NCBI GenBank assembly: GCA_964350985.1
Contig: CAYGLK010000001.1
Coordinates: 391,698 to 455,697, forward strand
From: an uncultured Candidatus Saccharibacteria bacterium
Lineage (GTDB): Bacteria; Patescibacteriota; Minisyncoccia; Phycocordibacterales; UBA918
Length of the DNA stretch: 64,000 nucleotides
Reading direction: 5' to 3'
How positions within the stretch are numbered: the first letter of the stretch is position 1; each line of letters begins with the position of its first letter. A program made the position numbers and the translations under genes. A model generated the notes under the pieces. It was not told the DNA's origin. It made no database searches and saw only the letters and a program-made list of their open reading frames with translations. Positions 28,407 through 38,735 of the stretch are shown piece by piece.

Positions 28407-29606
28407 ATGGATTTTTATCGTCATCTTGTCTCTCAAACTTTTACTGGCAAGAACATTTCTTTTGCACTGGTCTATTTGATATCAATCATTTTTACCTTTC
28501 AAACTTTAGTAACAGCCTATAGTAGCTCTACTTACCTAGAACAGTTTATTCTCCCTCAATTTGTCGGTTTAGTGTTTGCAGCCGCAGCTTTTTTTGCTTT
28601 GGTTATTACCTTGTTTCTGCCGAGAGTTCTCAACATTATTGGTAATGTAAATACTACCTTGTTCTTGATGTGCATCATGATTGCCTCGTTAGTGATGACT
28701 GGGATGGCTATAACTCCTTGGATCACTATTGCTAGCTTTGTCACTTTTATGGCTGTCTCGCCACAAATATACTTTAATATAGATATTTTTCTAGAAGCAT
28801 TGATTGGAAATTCTGAAGGCACAACCGGAAGCAGACGAGGTCTTATTCTCACCCTGATGAGTTTAGCTGCTTTTTTTTCGCCACTAGCCATGGGTTACGT
28901 AATTGGAGACGACAACAACCTAGGTGGAGTATATTACATTGCAGCTGGAGTAGGATTGCTATACATCGCAGTTATTATAAGTAAATTTAGACTATTTGTT
29001 GATCCAATATACTCTCGTATAAGTTTCAGCGATTTATTCTTTACCACCCTTAGAAACAAAAATATCAGCAGCGTTCTAATTGCTCAATTTTTATTACAAT
29101 TTTTCTTCACCTGGGCAATTATCTACTTCCCTCTTTATATGGCTACCGTGGTCGGTTTTGACTGGGAAACCATCGGTATCATAATCGCCGCTGGATTAAT
29201 TGCTTATGTCATTTTTGAATACCCTATCGGTATCATAGCTGACAAAAAACTCGGAGAAAAAGAAATGATGGCACTAGGTTTTGTCATTCTGGCTCTAACT
29301 TCAGCCAGTCTTTCATTTATGCAAGCTGTTGCAGTAAATGGTTGGGTCATGGTGATGTTTATTAGTCGGTTTGGTGCCGGATTGGTAGAAGTAACAACTG
29401 AGAGCTATTTTTTTAAGCAAGTAAAAGGACAAGACTCCAACCTAATTAGTCTCTTTCGTTTAATGAGACCCTTAGCTAACCTTTTTGGAGCTCTGGCGGG
29501 TAGTGTTTCACTTTTCTTCTTGCCAATAAACCTTATGTTTATTGTCCTAGCTTTTATAATGATTATTGGCGCCTTTATTACTCAAAGACTAGTTGATACC
29601 CGATAG
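28407..29606 (+). CDS. MFS transporter
   Basis: ~12 predicted TM helices in two six-helix halves. Confidence 0.6.
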   Translation: MDFYRHLVSQTFTGKNISFALVYLISIIFTFQTLVTAYSSSTYLEQFILPQFVGLVFAAAAFFALVITLFLPRVLNIIGNVNTTLFLMCIMIASLVMTGMAITPWITIASFVTFMAVSPQIYFNIDIFLEALIGNSEGTTGSRRGLILTLMSLAAFFSPLAMGYVIGDDNNLGGVYYIAAGVGLLYIAVIISKFRLFVDPIYSRISFSDLFFTTLRNKNISSVLIAQFLLQFFFTWAIIYFPLYMATVVGFDWETIGIIIAAGLIAYVIFEYPIGIIADKKLGEKEMMALGFVILALTSASLSFMQAVAVNGWVMVMFISRFGAGLVEVTTESYFFKQVKGQDSNLISLFRLMRPLANLFGALAGSVSLFFLPINLMFIVLAFIMIIGAFITQRLVDTR

Positions 29607-29611
29607 TAGAA

Positions 29612-30298
29612 CTAAAGATGGTAAATCACATCCTTCCTTTCAACCACCACTTTCCACTTCATTAGTTTTGCGTGATTAAATAGTTCTTGGTTGGGATTAA
29701 AGCAAATTGGATTCTCAACTAACTCTAGTAAAGAAATATCGCCATCAGTGTCTCCCACTGCTACTGAGTCCTTTAATGTATAGTCTGGGTGATGTTCTAA
29801 TACTCTTTTAACGATATTAGCTTTATTTTGAATAAGATGCTCGTCGACTATTTTTCCTGTAAACCTGTCTTGGGGACCAATCTCATAGATACGCCCATAC
29901 ACCTTATCAAAACCATAACCTTCACAAAAATCATCTAAAATTCTTTTTGGTGATTGAGATATGGCTACAATTAGATAATCTTTTTCTTTTAATTCAGCTA
30001 TCAAATCTCTGGTGTAACGGTAGATTTTTGCTCCATGATGTTTTACTACATGCTGTCCAACATCAGCCATCTCACCATAATGAACCCCTTTTAAATTATT
30101 TAAGAAAGACTCAATTACAGCATTAATATAATCAGAGTATTCCCCAGTTCGATTCAGCCATGCCTGATGTTCATCAGCAAAAACTTCTCTAGCTTCTTTA
30201 GGAAAAATTCCGCGACATATCATCTCTTCAATTAACTCGATAAGCAGGCTTGAACGGAATAAAGTCCCATCAACATCAAAGAAAGCGAGTTTTTTCAT
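29612..30298 (-). CDS. HAD superfamily hydrolase (subfamily IB-like)
   Basis: AFFDVDGTL motif I, VAVGDTDGD motif IV. Confidence 0.7.
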   Translation of the reverse strand: MKKLAFFDVDGTLFRSSLLIELIEEMICRGIFPKEAREVFADEHQAWLNRTGEYSDYINAVIESFLNNLKGVHYGEMADVGQHVVKHHGAKIYRYTRDLIAELKEKDYLIVAISQSPKRILDDFCEGYGFDKVYGRIYEIGPQDRFTGKIVDEHLIQNKANIVKRVLEHHPDYTLKDSVAVGDTDGDISLLELVENPICFNPNQELFNHAKLMKWKVVVERKDVIYHL

Positions 30299-30329
30299 TT
30301 TTCTATTTTAACACGCTAAAATTAGTCGT

Positions 30330-31172
30330 CTAACTTATCGATATCCAAACCGGACGCCATTCTTGCCAAGTACTTTTTGGTATCTGCTCTTCCAGATATT
30401 CACCGTCTTTATTCCTACCAACTCCTACAATGGAGATGGATTCGTCTACCATTACAGACTTAGTGTAGCCTACCCAACCTTCTCCGTTTTCTTTCCAATA
30501 TTCAATAACCGATCCAGACTTTGGTGTGATACCAATGCTAATACCCAACTGCCCTTTTAAAAGTTGCTGCCAAGTCCCTGAAGTTCTTGGTCTCACATTT
30601 GACCATTCTATCTCAAGACCTTTTTGATTTAAAAAATAGGTCACAACTTCTTCTGGTTGTAATGATAAAAATAACTCTTCTGCAAAAAAATCATCTTCAA
30701 TCAATTTTCTGAGCTTAACAGTCTCACTGTTTGTTGCATCATAGACATTTCCAGAAACCAACTGCGGAAAGATAGTTATCAAATCAGTATGAATATCTTC
30801 TTTTAAGATCCAGCCGTGTCTTTTGACTGAATTAATATGAGCAAAGCGACCTTCATAGCCAATAATTGCTACTTTTGTTCCGTATTCCAACTCATCTACC
30901 ACACCATCGTAAGACATTACCGCTCGATCGAAAACCTTAGCTATTGGCACACAAACGAAGCTGACTTCTCCATGTACAGGAGAAAGACTGTTAGCAGGCA
31001 CTGCTTGAGCTACTTTAGTCACTGGTTGATTATTCTGATCTAAGGTTAAAACTTTTCCCCTGCTTCTAGTTTCTATTCTTAGAAGCTGACTAGTTTTTGT
31101 TTTCTCTAGACGCAATAAAGACTCTTTAACGAAATCTTTTAAATCTAGCAGCACTGCAATAAAAGTTTGCAT
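30330..31172 (-). CDS. Hypothetical protein
   Basis: Intact 280-aa ORF; no confident domain (possible SH3-like segment). Confidence 0.4.
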   Translation of the reverse strand: MQTFIAVLLDLKDFVKESLLRLEKTKTSQLLRIETRSRGKVLTLDQNNQPVTKVAQAVPANSLSPVHGEVSFVCVPIAKVFDRAVMSYDGVVDELEYGTKVAIIGYEGRFAHINSVKRHGWILKEDIHTDLITIFPQLVSGNVYDATNSETVKLRKLIEDDFFAEELFLSLQPEEVVTYFLNQKGLEIEWSNVRPRTSGTWQQLLKGQLGISIGITPKSGSVIEYWKENGEGWVGYTKSVMVDESISIVGVGRNKDGEYLEEQIPKSTWQEWRPVWISIS

Positions 31173-31182
31173 AAGCTAGTGC

Positions 31183-32310
31183 TTATAAGCGAATGGTGCG
31201 GTAGAGGAACGTAGTTAAAGCACCAAGAGTAGTAAGCCACAAAGCAAAGAATAGTACTGGACCAAGGATAGGAATAAACAAAAGCAAGTAAGTTACCGTC
31301 ACTCCTATTGCCACCATAGAGATAGATATTGTAGTAGGCTTTTTAAACAACTTCATCAAGTACATGCCGAGAACTACTCCAGTAACAGTCACGCTGATTA
31401 TAAGTAGAGCGAAGTAGATAGCCATTAAAGTCAGACCAAGGAAGCTACCTAAGGTACTAATGAGAAGTATCAAGACTGCTACCGGTGTAACAAAGAATAG
31501 TCCAAAACCAATAAGTAAACTTCGAAGCGGGTGATTATTTGCTTGCAGTGAAACCTTGTCTAAGAAGCGACTAAATAGTAGATACCAGACCAAAGCAGCA
31601 AAAATTAATATCAAAAATGGAACTAATAAGTCTTTTACTTCACTAACATTAGTATTTATAATTGGCTTATCTTGTATTACTTTTCCTCCGACCTCAGCGC
31701 CCTGAGCTCGCACTAATTCTTTTTCACTAGTAAATTTAACCAAGCCAGTCACTACTGATCTTTCACCTAACAGCAGTTGTCCAGTACGAACTTGTATGTC
31801 TCCTGCCACTAAACCATCAACTCTAATACGATCACTAGTGCCTAAAATAGACTTACCAACTTCACCACTTATATCAGCCTCCCCACCAAAAAATAAGATG
31901 TCTCCATTGATTTTAGCTGTTGATAAGACTTTAAGAGTACCTGCCACAACAACTAAATCTCCTTTTATTTCTCCGGCAACTGTTACCTCACCTCCAACTA
32001 TTCGGACATCATCTTCAGCTTCACCGTGAAAATCAACAGTTCCACCAACAACAGCAATATCACCGCCTACCTTTCCGGTAGCTGTCACTTCCCCTCCTAA
32101 GACCAAAAGATCTTCTGTAACTTCACCAGAAATAACTGGAGCACTAGCAAGCCAGTAAAAATCGCCTTCTACAATCTGATCCACAGCAAAACTGGATTCA
32201 TCTCCAGTTCGCACAACAGAGGAAGCTAATGAGACCGCTGGAATCAAAAGAAATAGTAATGCGATGATAATTTGCCGTGACATAATGTTAGTTAAATTAT
32301 TTATAATCAT
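31183..32310 (-). CDS. Bactofilin-like (polymer-forming cytoskeletal domain) protein with C-terminal multi-TM region
   Basis: Repeated G(D/E)(I/V)xVxG beta-helix pattern (GEVTEDLLVLGGEVTATGKVGGDIAVVGGTVDF...) characteristic of bactofilin/CcmA domain; 3-4 C-terminal TM helices. Confidence 0.5.
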   Translation of the reverse strand: MIINNLTNIMSRQIIIALLFLLIPAVSLASSVVRTGDESSFAVDQIVEGDFYWLASAPVISGEVTEDLLVLGGEVTATGKVGGDIAVVGGTVDFHGEAEDDVRIVGGEVTVAGEIKGDLVVVAGTLKVLSTAKINGDILFFGGEADISGEVGKSILGTSDRIRVDGLVAGDIQVRTGQLLLGERSVVTGLVKFTSEKELVRAQGAEVGGKVIQDKPIINTNVSEVKDLLVPFLILIFAALVWYLLFSRFLDKVSLQANNHPLRSLLIGFGLFFVTPVAVLILLISTLGSFLGLTLMAIYFALLIISVTVTGVVLGMYLMKLFKKPTTISISMVAIGVTVTYLLLFIPILGPVLFFALWLTTLGALTTFLYRTIRL

Positions 32311-32675
32311 GATGACTAAAGCTATTTAAAATAAGGCTTTAATACCATTAATTTTGCCAATTATAGCATAAAATAGTTGTTTTGTGTCTTTAAAACTAGG
32401 TAGATTTATCCTAAATCAAACTTTGAATATACAAGTATATGATTACAAATAGCCCTAGAGCTAAGACCATAAAAAAACTAGTCGTTAGAAGAAATTTTTT
32501 CATATAGCCGAGTATTCAACCGGAGCTTGTAAAAAAGTAATCAGGGTAATTGCCAGAACAATCAAAAATATAGACGCAGAAAATAAAGCAATGCGTGAGC
32601 GCGATAACTCCATTTGGCCAGTGTGCCAATCTCTTACATATAAAAAAGAAAATATAAATCGCCAAAAAGTCATAA

Positions 32676-33002
32676 CTAACCAAGCTTCTTATATAGTCTA
32701 CCAGTAAAAATTAAAATAGTAATACCCAAAAGTAAGATAAGTTCTGGAGAATTATTGAGAAGATCATAACGAGTAATCATTTTCTCCAAACCAAGAAAAG
32801 TAGCTGAAGCCCCTAAAGATACTAGCAGCATAAACAAAACTGGAAAACGTCTAATAATGGACTGTCTCACTGGAATAACATAATTCGCCAAAGTCCTTTC
32901 AGCTCTCTTAGTTAAAACTTCCAAATCTTTTAAAATCAAATCTGCTTCATCTATTAGATCCGGAGCGGATATATTATCTTTTAGATTTATTTTTTTATTC
33001 AT
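32676..33002 (-). CDS. Small membrane protein
   Basis: Two C-terminal TM helices. Confidence 0.4.
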   Translation of the reverse strand: MNKKINLKDNISAPDLIDEADLILKDLEVLTKRAERTLANYVIPVRQSIIRRFPVLFMLLVSLGASATFLGLEKMITRYDLLNNSPELILLLGITILIFTGRLYKKLG

Positions 33003-33018
33003 ATGTATTGAACTCTAC

Positions 33019-34017
33019 TTATTTATACAAAGTTTTTCCTTTTTCCCACATATCTGTATGGCCTTGTAGAGAAAGCCAGTACCACCACTCAGCTCCCCAA
33101 AGATATTGTTTATCATATCTGGTGTCTTTAGCGTACTCTAAAATATCATTAAATTTATCAATATCCATCCTGGTAAACTGTGTATCAAGTGGTACTGAAG
33201 TAACCGGAGCAATTAGCCAAGGTTCAGCCGAAAGTTCTATTAAAAATGTCGGCTTATCTCCGTAGATCAAAGCTAGAATATTTTCCTTTAGACGGTAAAC
33301 AGATGGAGGTAACAAAGTTCTAAATTGACCCAGCTCAGGGTTCCAAAAGTGTACATAGACACTTGTACCAAAAGCATCGCCTCTACTATAAGCTCCATGC
33401 CATAGACCTAAGTTTCCACTATCTGTTATCAATACTGGTCTCTCTGGGTCTAAAGACTTAACAAAAGCTATTTCTTTATCTAGAAAATCTTCATCCAGTA
33501 TTCCGCAATGATCAAAAGCAAACACTTCCAAAAAGGGTTCATTCTCAATTTGCCAATACTTTATTATTTTTCGATCTTTATATCTCTCCACCACCTTTTT
33601 CATATACTCTAATTGTAAAGCTTGTGATTTTTGAGTATCAAATTCATCTAACCAATCTGGTTCGTGACACTCTGGCCATCTCGGTAACCTTCTACCGACA
33701 GCCAGTATTACTTCAGCTCCTACCTCTTCAGCTTTACTTATTTGGTAGTCTAACTCAACGAAGTTATATTCGCCGCGCTCCGGCTCAACCATTGGCCAGT
33801 GGGCTGCTAAACGTAAGTGCCTTACACCTAGATCGATTAAAATTGCATCGTAGGTCTCCTTCCAATCTAGACCTAATTCTTCTGCATACATAGTATTAAA
33901 AGACATTCCGTAAGTAATAGTTTCCGGAATTTCCTTTTGTATCAAAAATACAATTACCAATACTAAAATAAGTATTTTAACTAAAAGTAAGCTTAGAATT
34001 ATTTTCCACCAAGACAT
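33019..34017 (-). CDS. Membrane-anchored TIM-barrel glycoside hydrolase (GH5/GH42-like clan GH-A)
   Basis: N-terminal TM; WQIENEP acid/base motif typical of clan GH-A; RHLRLAAHW region. Confidence 0.5.
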   Translation of the reverse strand: MSWWKIILSLLLVKILILVLVIVFLIQKEIPETITYGMSFNTMYAEELGLDWKETYDAILIDLGVRHLRLAAHWPMVEPERGEYNFVELDYQISKAEEVGAEVILAVGRRLPRWPECHEPDWLDEFDTQKSQALQLEYMKKVVERYKDRKIIKYWQIENEPFLEVFAFDHCGILDEDFLDKEIAFVKSLDPERPVLITDSGNLGLWHGAYSRGDAFGTSVYVHFWNPELGQFRTLLPPSVYRLKENILALIYGDKPTFLIELSAEPWLIAPVTSVPLDTQFTRMDIDKFNDILEYAKDTRYDKQYLWGAEWWYWLSLQGHTDMWEKGKTLYK

Positions 34018-34019
34018 AA

Positions 34020-34952
34020 CTAAATAAACAGAATTAAGTAACCGACAGCAATTACCGCCACGTACAGAATACGCCGAATTGTTTCCTTAGGCCTCGCTTC
34101 ATGCTTTGCGGCGCTATCAGGTAAAGTCGCTCCAAAAATAACTGCTATGACCAAGATGAAAACAAACTTAAGTCCATCCATGGCTTGTACTACAGCCACA
34201 TCTCCCAAGTCCGTTGCTTTCAAGAGCAAAAACGCCGCTACTCCAGCTAACACTTTAGTTAGAATCACCACCACGCCAGTTTTCTTTGTAGTCTTTTTTG
34301 TCTGTTCGGTTATCTTTTCAAAATAAGCCGGTACCATAAGAAGTGAAAGAGCAAAGAGGACAAAACTAACACGGGACCAAAAGAAACCGTCGTCAAAACT
34401 GGTCTCTTGGAACAATCCTTTCATCGAAATAAAGTGTAGAGCGAAAAATACACCACTATGGATAACGCTCAAAAAAATACTTCTCTTTGGTAATGTTTGG
34501 GCTACAAGCAGTGTCCCTAAAGCCAAAACAATAACTCCCCACATGTAGTGCGTTTGAAATGGAGTATTAAGGAAGAAATAGCTCATAGCAAAGGTAGCCA
34601 AAGCTGAAGTGGCTCCAATAACTGGCATCACATTTACCGCCTCTGCTTTCTTTAAAGCTTCATACATCGATACCAAAGCCATGAAAAAAGTATAAGCGGC
34701 CAAGAAAGACATCCCAATCACTTGAATTGATGGTTTTTTAATACTTTCAAAAGACGGCATACCTAGCTCAGTTAATCCAGGAATATAACCAAAAAAATAA
34801 ATCACCACCCAAAAGCCAGTCAGTAAACAGGAATAAAAAGCATAAACAAAAGGCCTTGGTAAGACCTGTTCATCAGAGACAATGTACTTATCTAAAAATG
34901 CTACTACCGCATTGATTAACTGACCAATGGTAGCGAGCAAGACCCATGACAT
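34020..34952 (-). CDS. Polytopic membrane protein (~9 TM helices) (possible transporter)
   Basis: ~9 TM helices; sits between two glycoside hydrolase genes. Confidence 0.45.
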   Translation of the reverse strand: MSWVLLATIGQLINAVVAFLDKYIVSDEQVLPRPFVYAFYSCLLTGFWVVIYFFGYIPGLTELGMPSFESIKKPSIQVIGMSFLAAYTFFMALVSMYEALKKAEAVNVMPVIGATSALATFAMSYFFLNTPFQTHYMWGVIVLALGTLLVAQTLPKRSIFLSVIHSGVFFALHFISMKGLFQETSFDDGFFWSRVSFVLFALSLLMVPAYFEKITEQTKKTTKKTGVVVILTKVLAGVAAFLLLKATDLGDVAVVQAMDGLKFVFILVIAVIFGATLPDSAAKHEARPKETIRRILYVAVIAVGYLILFI

Positions 34953-34958
34953 ATGAGT

Positions 34959-36188
34959 TTATTCTAACACTGCGTTTTTCTCACAAATTTCTTTATACAC
35001 GTATGCGGACTGGCGTATCTTTCTCTCTTGGGTGTCGTAATTTATTTCAACTAAACCAAATCTTTTTGCAAAACCAAGTGCCCACTCGTAGTTATCAAGA
35101 AGCGACCAATACATATGACCTCTAACGTCTGCCCCGGCTTGTATAGCCCTGTAAGTACCTTCAACTTGTCGCTTGATATATTCAGCTCGCCCACTATCAC
35201 TGGCATCTGCTAGACCTCCTTCAGACACAAACAAAGGCTTATTATATTTAGCTAACATCATCAAAGCTTTTTCTATATACTCTGGAGCAAAATTCCAATC
35301 CATATCTGTTTTACGCCACTTTCGCTTATCGCCAAACTTTGTATAAAAATAATAATTTAGACCGATTGAATCACAATGATCTTCAACTCTAGCCATAAAT
35401 TTTTGCGTCCAAAAATAATTAGCGAACGCTGCTTTCAAAATGTTAAAAGGATTGAGATTAGAATCAAAGACAATGACATGTTTTACTACACTAACTTCTG
35501 TTTTGGGTGATATTTTTTTTATTGAGTCATACGCTGCATTATGAGCTAAAGCAAGATTTTTCATTACTTTAAAATAAGTGAAAACAGGTCCAAATCCTTT
35601 ACTAGCTTTTGCTTCATACTGCCTACCTGAATTAGTAATCGAAACCAAGTCTGTCAAAGCAAACCTCTTAAAAGGAGGCCATGTACCTCTAAGCCAGCCA
35701 TTACTACCAAAAACATTTGGTTCATTCATTGTTGAAAAATGATCACACAGATCCCCTAGCTGAGATACGACATAAGCAGAATAGCGAGCAAAAATTTGCG
35801 GTGAATCTTCTCTCTCAAAGCCTCCAGACTCAGAGAACCATTCAGGCAAGGTAAAGTGCCAAATTGTAATAAACGGCATAAGTCCTCGCTGGTGTAACGC
35901 TTCTAATACCTTTCTATAATGTCTAATTGCTTCGGTATCGTATTTTCCTTCTTCCGGCTCAATCCGAGACCATTCTACCGAAAAACGATGGGCAGAATGT
36001 CCAAGTTCTTTTGCAATATCAAAATCTTTCTCATATAACTCGTAGTGATTACAAGCCAATCCGCAAACAGGAACCCTGCCTTCTCTTGCTCCTTTTGCCC
36101 AATCGTTATTTTCGATTCCTCCCTCAACTTGATAAGAAGCAGTAGCTGACCCCCAATAAAAACCATCTGGAAATTTTTTCGCTGTCAT
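34959..36188 (-). CDS. Glycoside hydrolase family 1 (beta-glucosidase/6-phospho-beta-glucosidase-like)
   Basis: N-terminal FPDGFYWGSATASYQVEGG GH1 signature; NEP acid/base; 409 aa. Confidence 0.85.
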   Translation of the reverse strand: MTAKKFPDGFYWGSATASYQVEGGIENNDWAKGAREGRVPVCGLACNHYELYEKDFDIAKELGHSAHRFSVEWSRIEPEEGKYDTEAIRHYRKVLEALHQRGLMPFITIWHFTLPEWFSESGGFEREDSPQIFARYSAYVVSQLGDLCDHFSTMNEPNVFGSNGWLRGTWPPFKRFALTDLVSITNSGRQYEAKASKGFGPVFTYFKVMKNLALAHNAAYDSIKKISPKTEVSVVKHVIVFDSNLNPFNILKAAFANYFWTQKFMARVEDHCDSIGLNYYFYTKFGDKRKWRKTDMDWNFAPEYIEKALMMLAKYNKPLFVSEGGLADASDSGRAEYIKRQVEGTYRAIQAGADVRGHMYWSLLDNYEWALGFAKRFGLVEINYDTQERKIRQSAYVYKEICEKNAVLE

Positions 36189-36297
36189 GATTTAGAGATT
36201 ATAACAGACTGATAAAGTAATTTAGCTTTATTTTGTATTAATCTAAAACTGAGTATTTCTCCCCTGTCTTACTTGAGACGTAAGTTATAATATATTT

Positions 36298-36816
36298 ATG
36301 AATAGAAACGCTGGTTTTACACTGATGGAGCTGTTAGTTGTCATTGCGGTCATTGGCATACTAGCGACTGTTTTAGTGACAAGCACCTCTAGTGCTAGAG
36401 TATTAGCTGAAGACGCAGTTAGAAAAGCAGATTCCACCAGCATTGCTAAAGCTTTATTTGTTTATAATTTAAAATTAGGAAATTGGATTGGGGATGGAAG
36501 TGGCTGTGGCTACCAAGGCAATGGTAATGGTTGGTTTAATCATGTTGGACCAGACCATCCAAAGTCTATAGCTACGTGCTTACTTGAAAACGGTTTTATT
36601 CCTGAAATTATTATTGATCCTTCTAAGGGTACTGTTTCTGATGCCGCTACCGGTAATGCCTACATGAAATACTCATGTACAGAAAACAGCAAGCCAACGA
36701 CTTACGTTTACGCCAAACTTTCCTCAGTACCACAAAGCTCTACAGCAACTGATGGAACCTGCTGCCCTACTTGCGATACTAGCTACGGAATGAATTACTT
36801 TATTAAAGTAGACTAA
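36298..36816 (+). CDS. Type IV pilin / pseudopilin (prepilin-type N-terminal cleavage/methylation domain)
   Basis: GFTLMELLVVIAVIGILA class-III signal peptide motif immediately after a short leader. Confidence 0.8.
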   Translation: MNRNAGFTLMELLVVIAVIGILATVLVTSTSSARVLAEDAVRKADSTSIAKALFVYNLKLGNWIGDGSGCGYQGNGNGWFNHVGPDHPKSIATCLLENGFIPEIIIDPSKGTVSDAATGNAYMKYSCTENSKPTTYVYAKLSSVPQSSTATDGTCCPTCDTSYGMNYFIKVD

Positions 36817-36822
36817 AACAAT

Positions 36823-37056
36823 ATGCCTAACTTATATCAAAACAAAAAGAAGTCTGGTCCGAGCAAATTAGTCTTGTGGGTTATAAAAAGTAATTTAGCC
36901 AAAGATGAAAACTCTGCTAACAATTTTTTACTGTTAATTACCGTTTTTATTTTTGTTACCATCGCCTGGGTGTTTGTGAATGAAAATAAACCCATCTACA
37001 TCGATCAAAACTTAATTGATAACGCCGGATCTCCTAATGAAATCATTAATAGTTAA
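36823..37056 (+). CDS. Small membrane protein
   Basis: Single TM helix; 6 nt after pilin gene. Confidence 0.3.
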   Translation: MPNLYQNKKKSGPSKLVLWVIKSNLAKDENSANNFLLLITVFIFVTIAWVFVNENKPIYIDQNLIDNAGSPNEIINS

Positions 37057-37783
37057 TAAAATCTTCTTCTTTATTACCTTTTGAAAAATTTAAATACTCT
37101 AACCACTTTTTATATAAAGCTGTAGTTGCCACTACATCCTTGGCATTATATTCAGCAATAGCTCGAAGATTACCGTCGTAATACAGTTCAGCCACATCAT
37201 CACCCCCAACCTCTCCTTTTGGACTTTCAATACCAAAAGCTCGACAAAAAAGATGTAGACTTGGTCGGCGCTGCATGGCTCCAAAAAAAGTTAATTCGTC
37301 TTGCAAATCAACATGACGGCAGCTTTTTTGTTGATATGGGTACCGTCCCTCTAATAGATTTTGACTTGGTTTAATTGAGTTAGCTACAGACCGATGATAG
37401 AGAAAAGGCACATCAAAACCCCGGCCATTAAAAGTAACAAAAGTATCGTAGTGTTTAGCGCCTTCCCAAAACTCCTCAAGCATTTGCTGCTCGTTTCTTT
37501 GCTTGTAAGTAAATTCTCCTACCTGATCATCTTCTTTGGAACCATTTCCAGTATAGTAAATTACTCCTGCTTTTCTTTCCAAATCATAGATACCTATAGC
37601 TACTACAAAGCCTGTTAGTGGAGAAAAACCTAAACCGCTTTCTATATCAGTTTGCAGCGCTTTTCTTTCATCTTTATTTTTGGCTGATCGATCAGCCCAT
37701 CGTGTTAAAGAAGATTTTGTTACCTCATCCAAAGACACCCAGTCTTCTCCAACTGTTTCAATATCAAAGATTAAAGTCTTCAT
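37046..37783 (-). CDS. RNase H-like 3'-5' exonuclease (PolB-exonuclease-like/YprB-type)
   Basis: LIFDIET Exo I motif with downstream acidic motifs (FNGRGFDVPFL, YNAKDV). Confidence 0.55.
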   Translation of the reverse strand: MKTLIFDIETVGEDWVSLDEVTKSSLTRWADRSAKNKDERKALQTDIESGLGFSPLTGFVVAIGIYDLERKAGVIYYTGNGSKEDDQVGEFTYKQRNEQQMLEEFWEGAKHYDTFVTFNGRGFDVPFLYHRSVANSIKPSQNLLEGRYPYQQKSCRHVDLQDELTFFGAMQRRPSLHLFCRAFGIESPKGEVGGDDVAELYYDGNLRAIAEYNAKDVVATTALYKKWLEYLNFSKGNKEEDFINY

Positions 37784-37784
37784 A

Positions 37785-38516
37785 CTAAATAGTTACCGGT
37801 ACTCCAGCAAAACAACCAACGACTCCCTCTCGATCTTTATCTAAGTAATATGCATATTGTCCGTTTGTACTTGCTCCACCACACTTATCAGTGTTTTTAC
37901 TTGAATTTAAACCGTATATTGGAAAACCATCCAAAGCATAACCTAAGAGAGTTTCACTACTAAAAATACCATAAAGCTTATAGTCACTATTCCTGATTAA
38001 TGAACCATCAAGAGCAATACCGACAACATCCGTTTTCAAACAAGAAGAAGCGCCGTATGGAGTACTAAACAAAGACAATTGTAAAACAAGCTCTGATCCA
38101 GTGTCTGTTGTACGAGATAGTAGTCGAGCACCTTCTACCACTTCAAACTGCAGCCCAGACGCTGACCAAAAACCATTATATTTTTGATAGTTACTACAAA
38201 GCACCACTTCCCCGACTGTATTAGGATCTATGGTTTCAGCTTCTACTTCAGGTTCAGGTTCTTCTACTGCCGGGATAGAGATCTGAGCAATTTTTGCCGT
38301 AAGTGCATCTAATCTCTTTTCTCTTTGTTCATCAATATCAATAAAACTTTCTTCAACTGAATAATCTCTATCAGTCTCATCAAACTCAAGAGCTAAAATT
38401 GTACCAGCTTCTTGATCAAGTGCAGAGCTACTACTTGAAAAAGACAAGACCATTATCAAAAGCAATACTATGGCAACAATAATAGCGATAACTAGATATT
38501 TAGTCCTGAAAAACAT
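37785..38516 (-). CDS. Membrane-anchored/secreted hypothetical protein
   Basis: N-terminal TM; no recognisable domain. Confidence 0.4.
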   Translation of the reverse strand: MFFRTKYLVIAIIVAIVLLLIMVLSFSSSSSALDQEAGTILALEFDETDRDYSVEESFIDIDEQREKRLDALTAKIAQISIPAVEEPEPEVEAETIDPNTVGEVVLCSNYQKYNGFWSASGLQFEVVEGARLLSRTTDTGSELVLQLSLFSTPYGASSCLKTDVVGIALDGSLIRNSDYKLYGIFSSETLLGYALDGFPIYGLNSSKNTDKCGGASTNGQYAYYLDKDREGVVGCFAGVPVTI

Positions 38517-38735
38517 AATACCTATATCTTAACAGATATTGAGTTCAAAACTATAGTTTATTTAACTTTTGACTAAGATTTGATCTTAACTTCAACCAAC
38601 TGCTCAATCTTATTTATCCCTTTCACCTCTATAATTTTCATTCTTTAGCAGGTTAGTTTTTACTAAAAAACAATACTCCAGTAGTAATTTTAACTGATTA
38701 ATAAAAATCAAGCGTTTACACCAAAAGAGTGTCAA

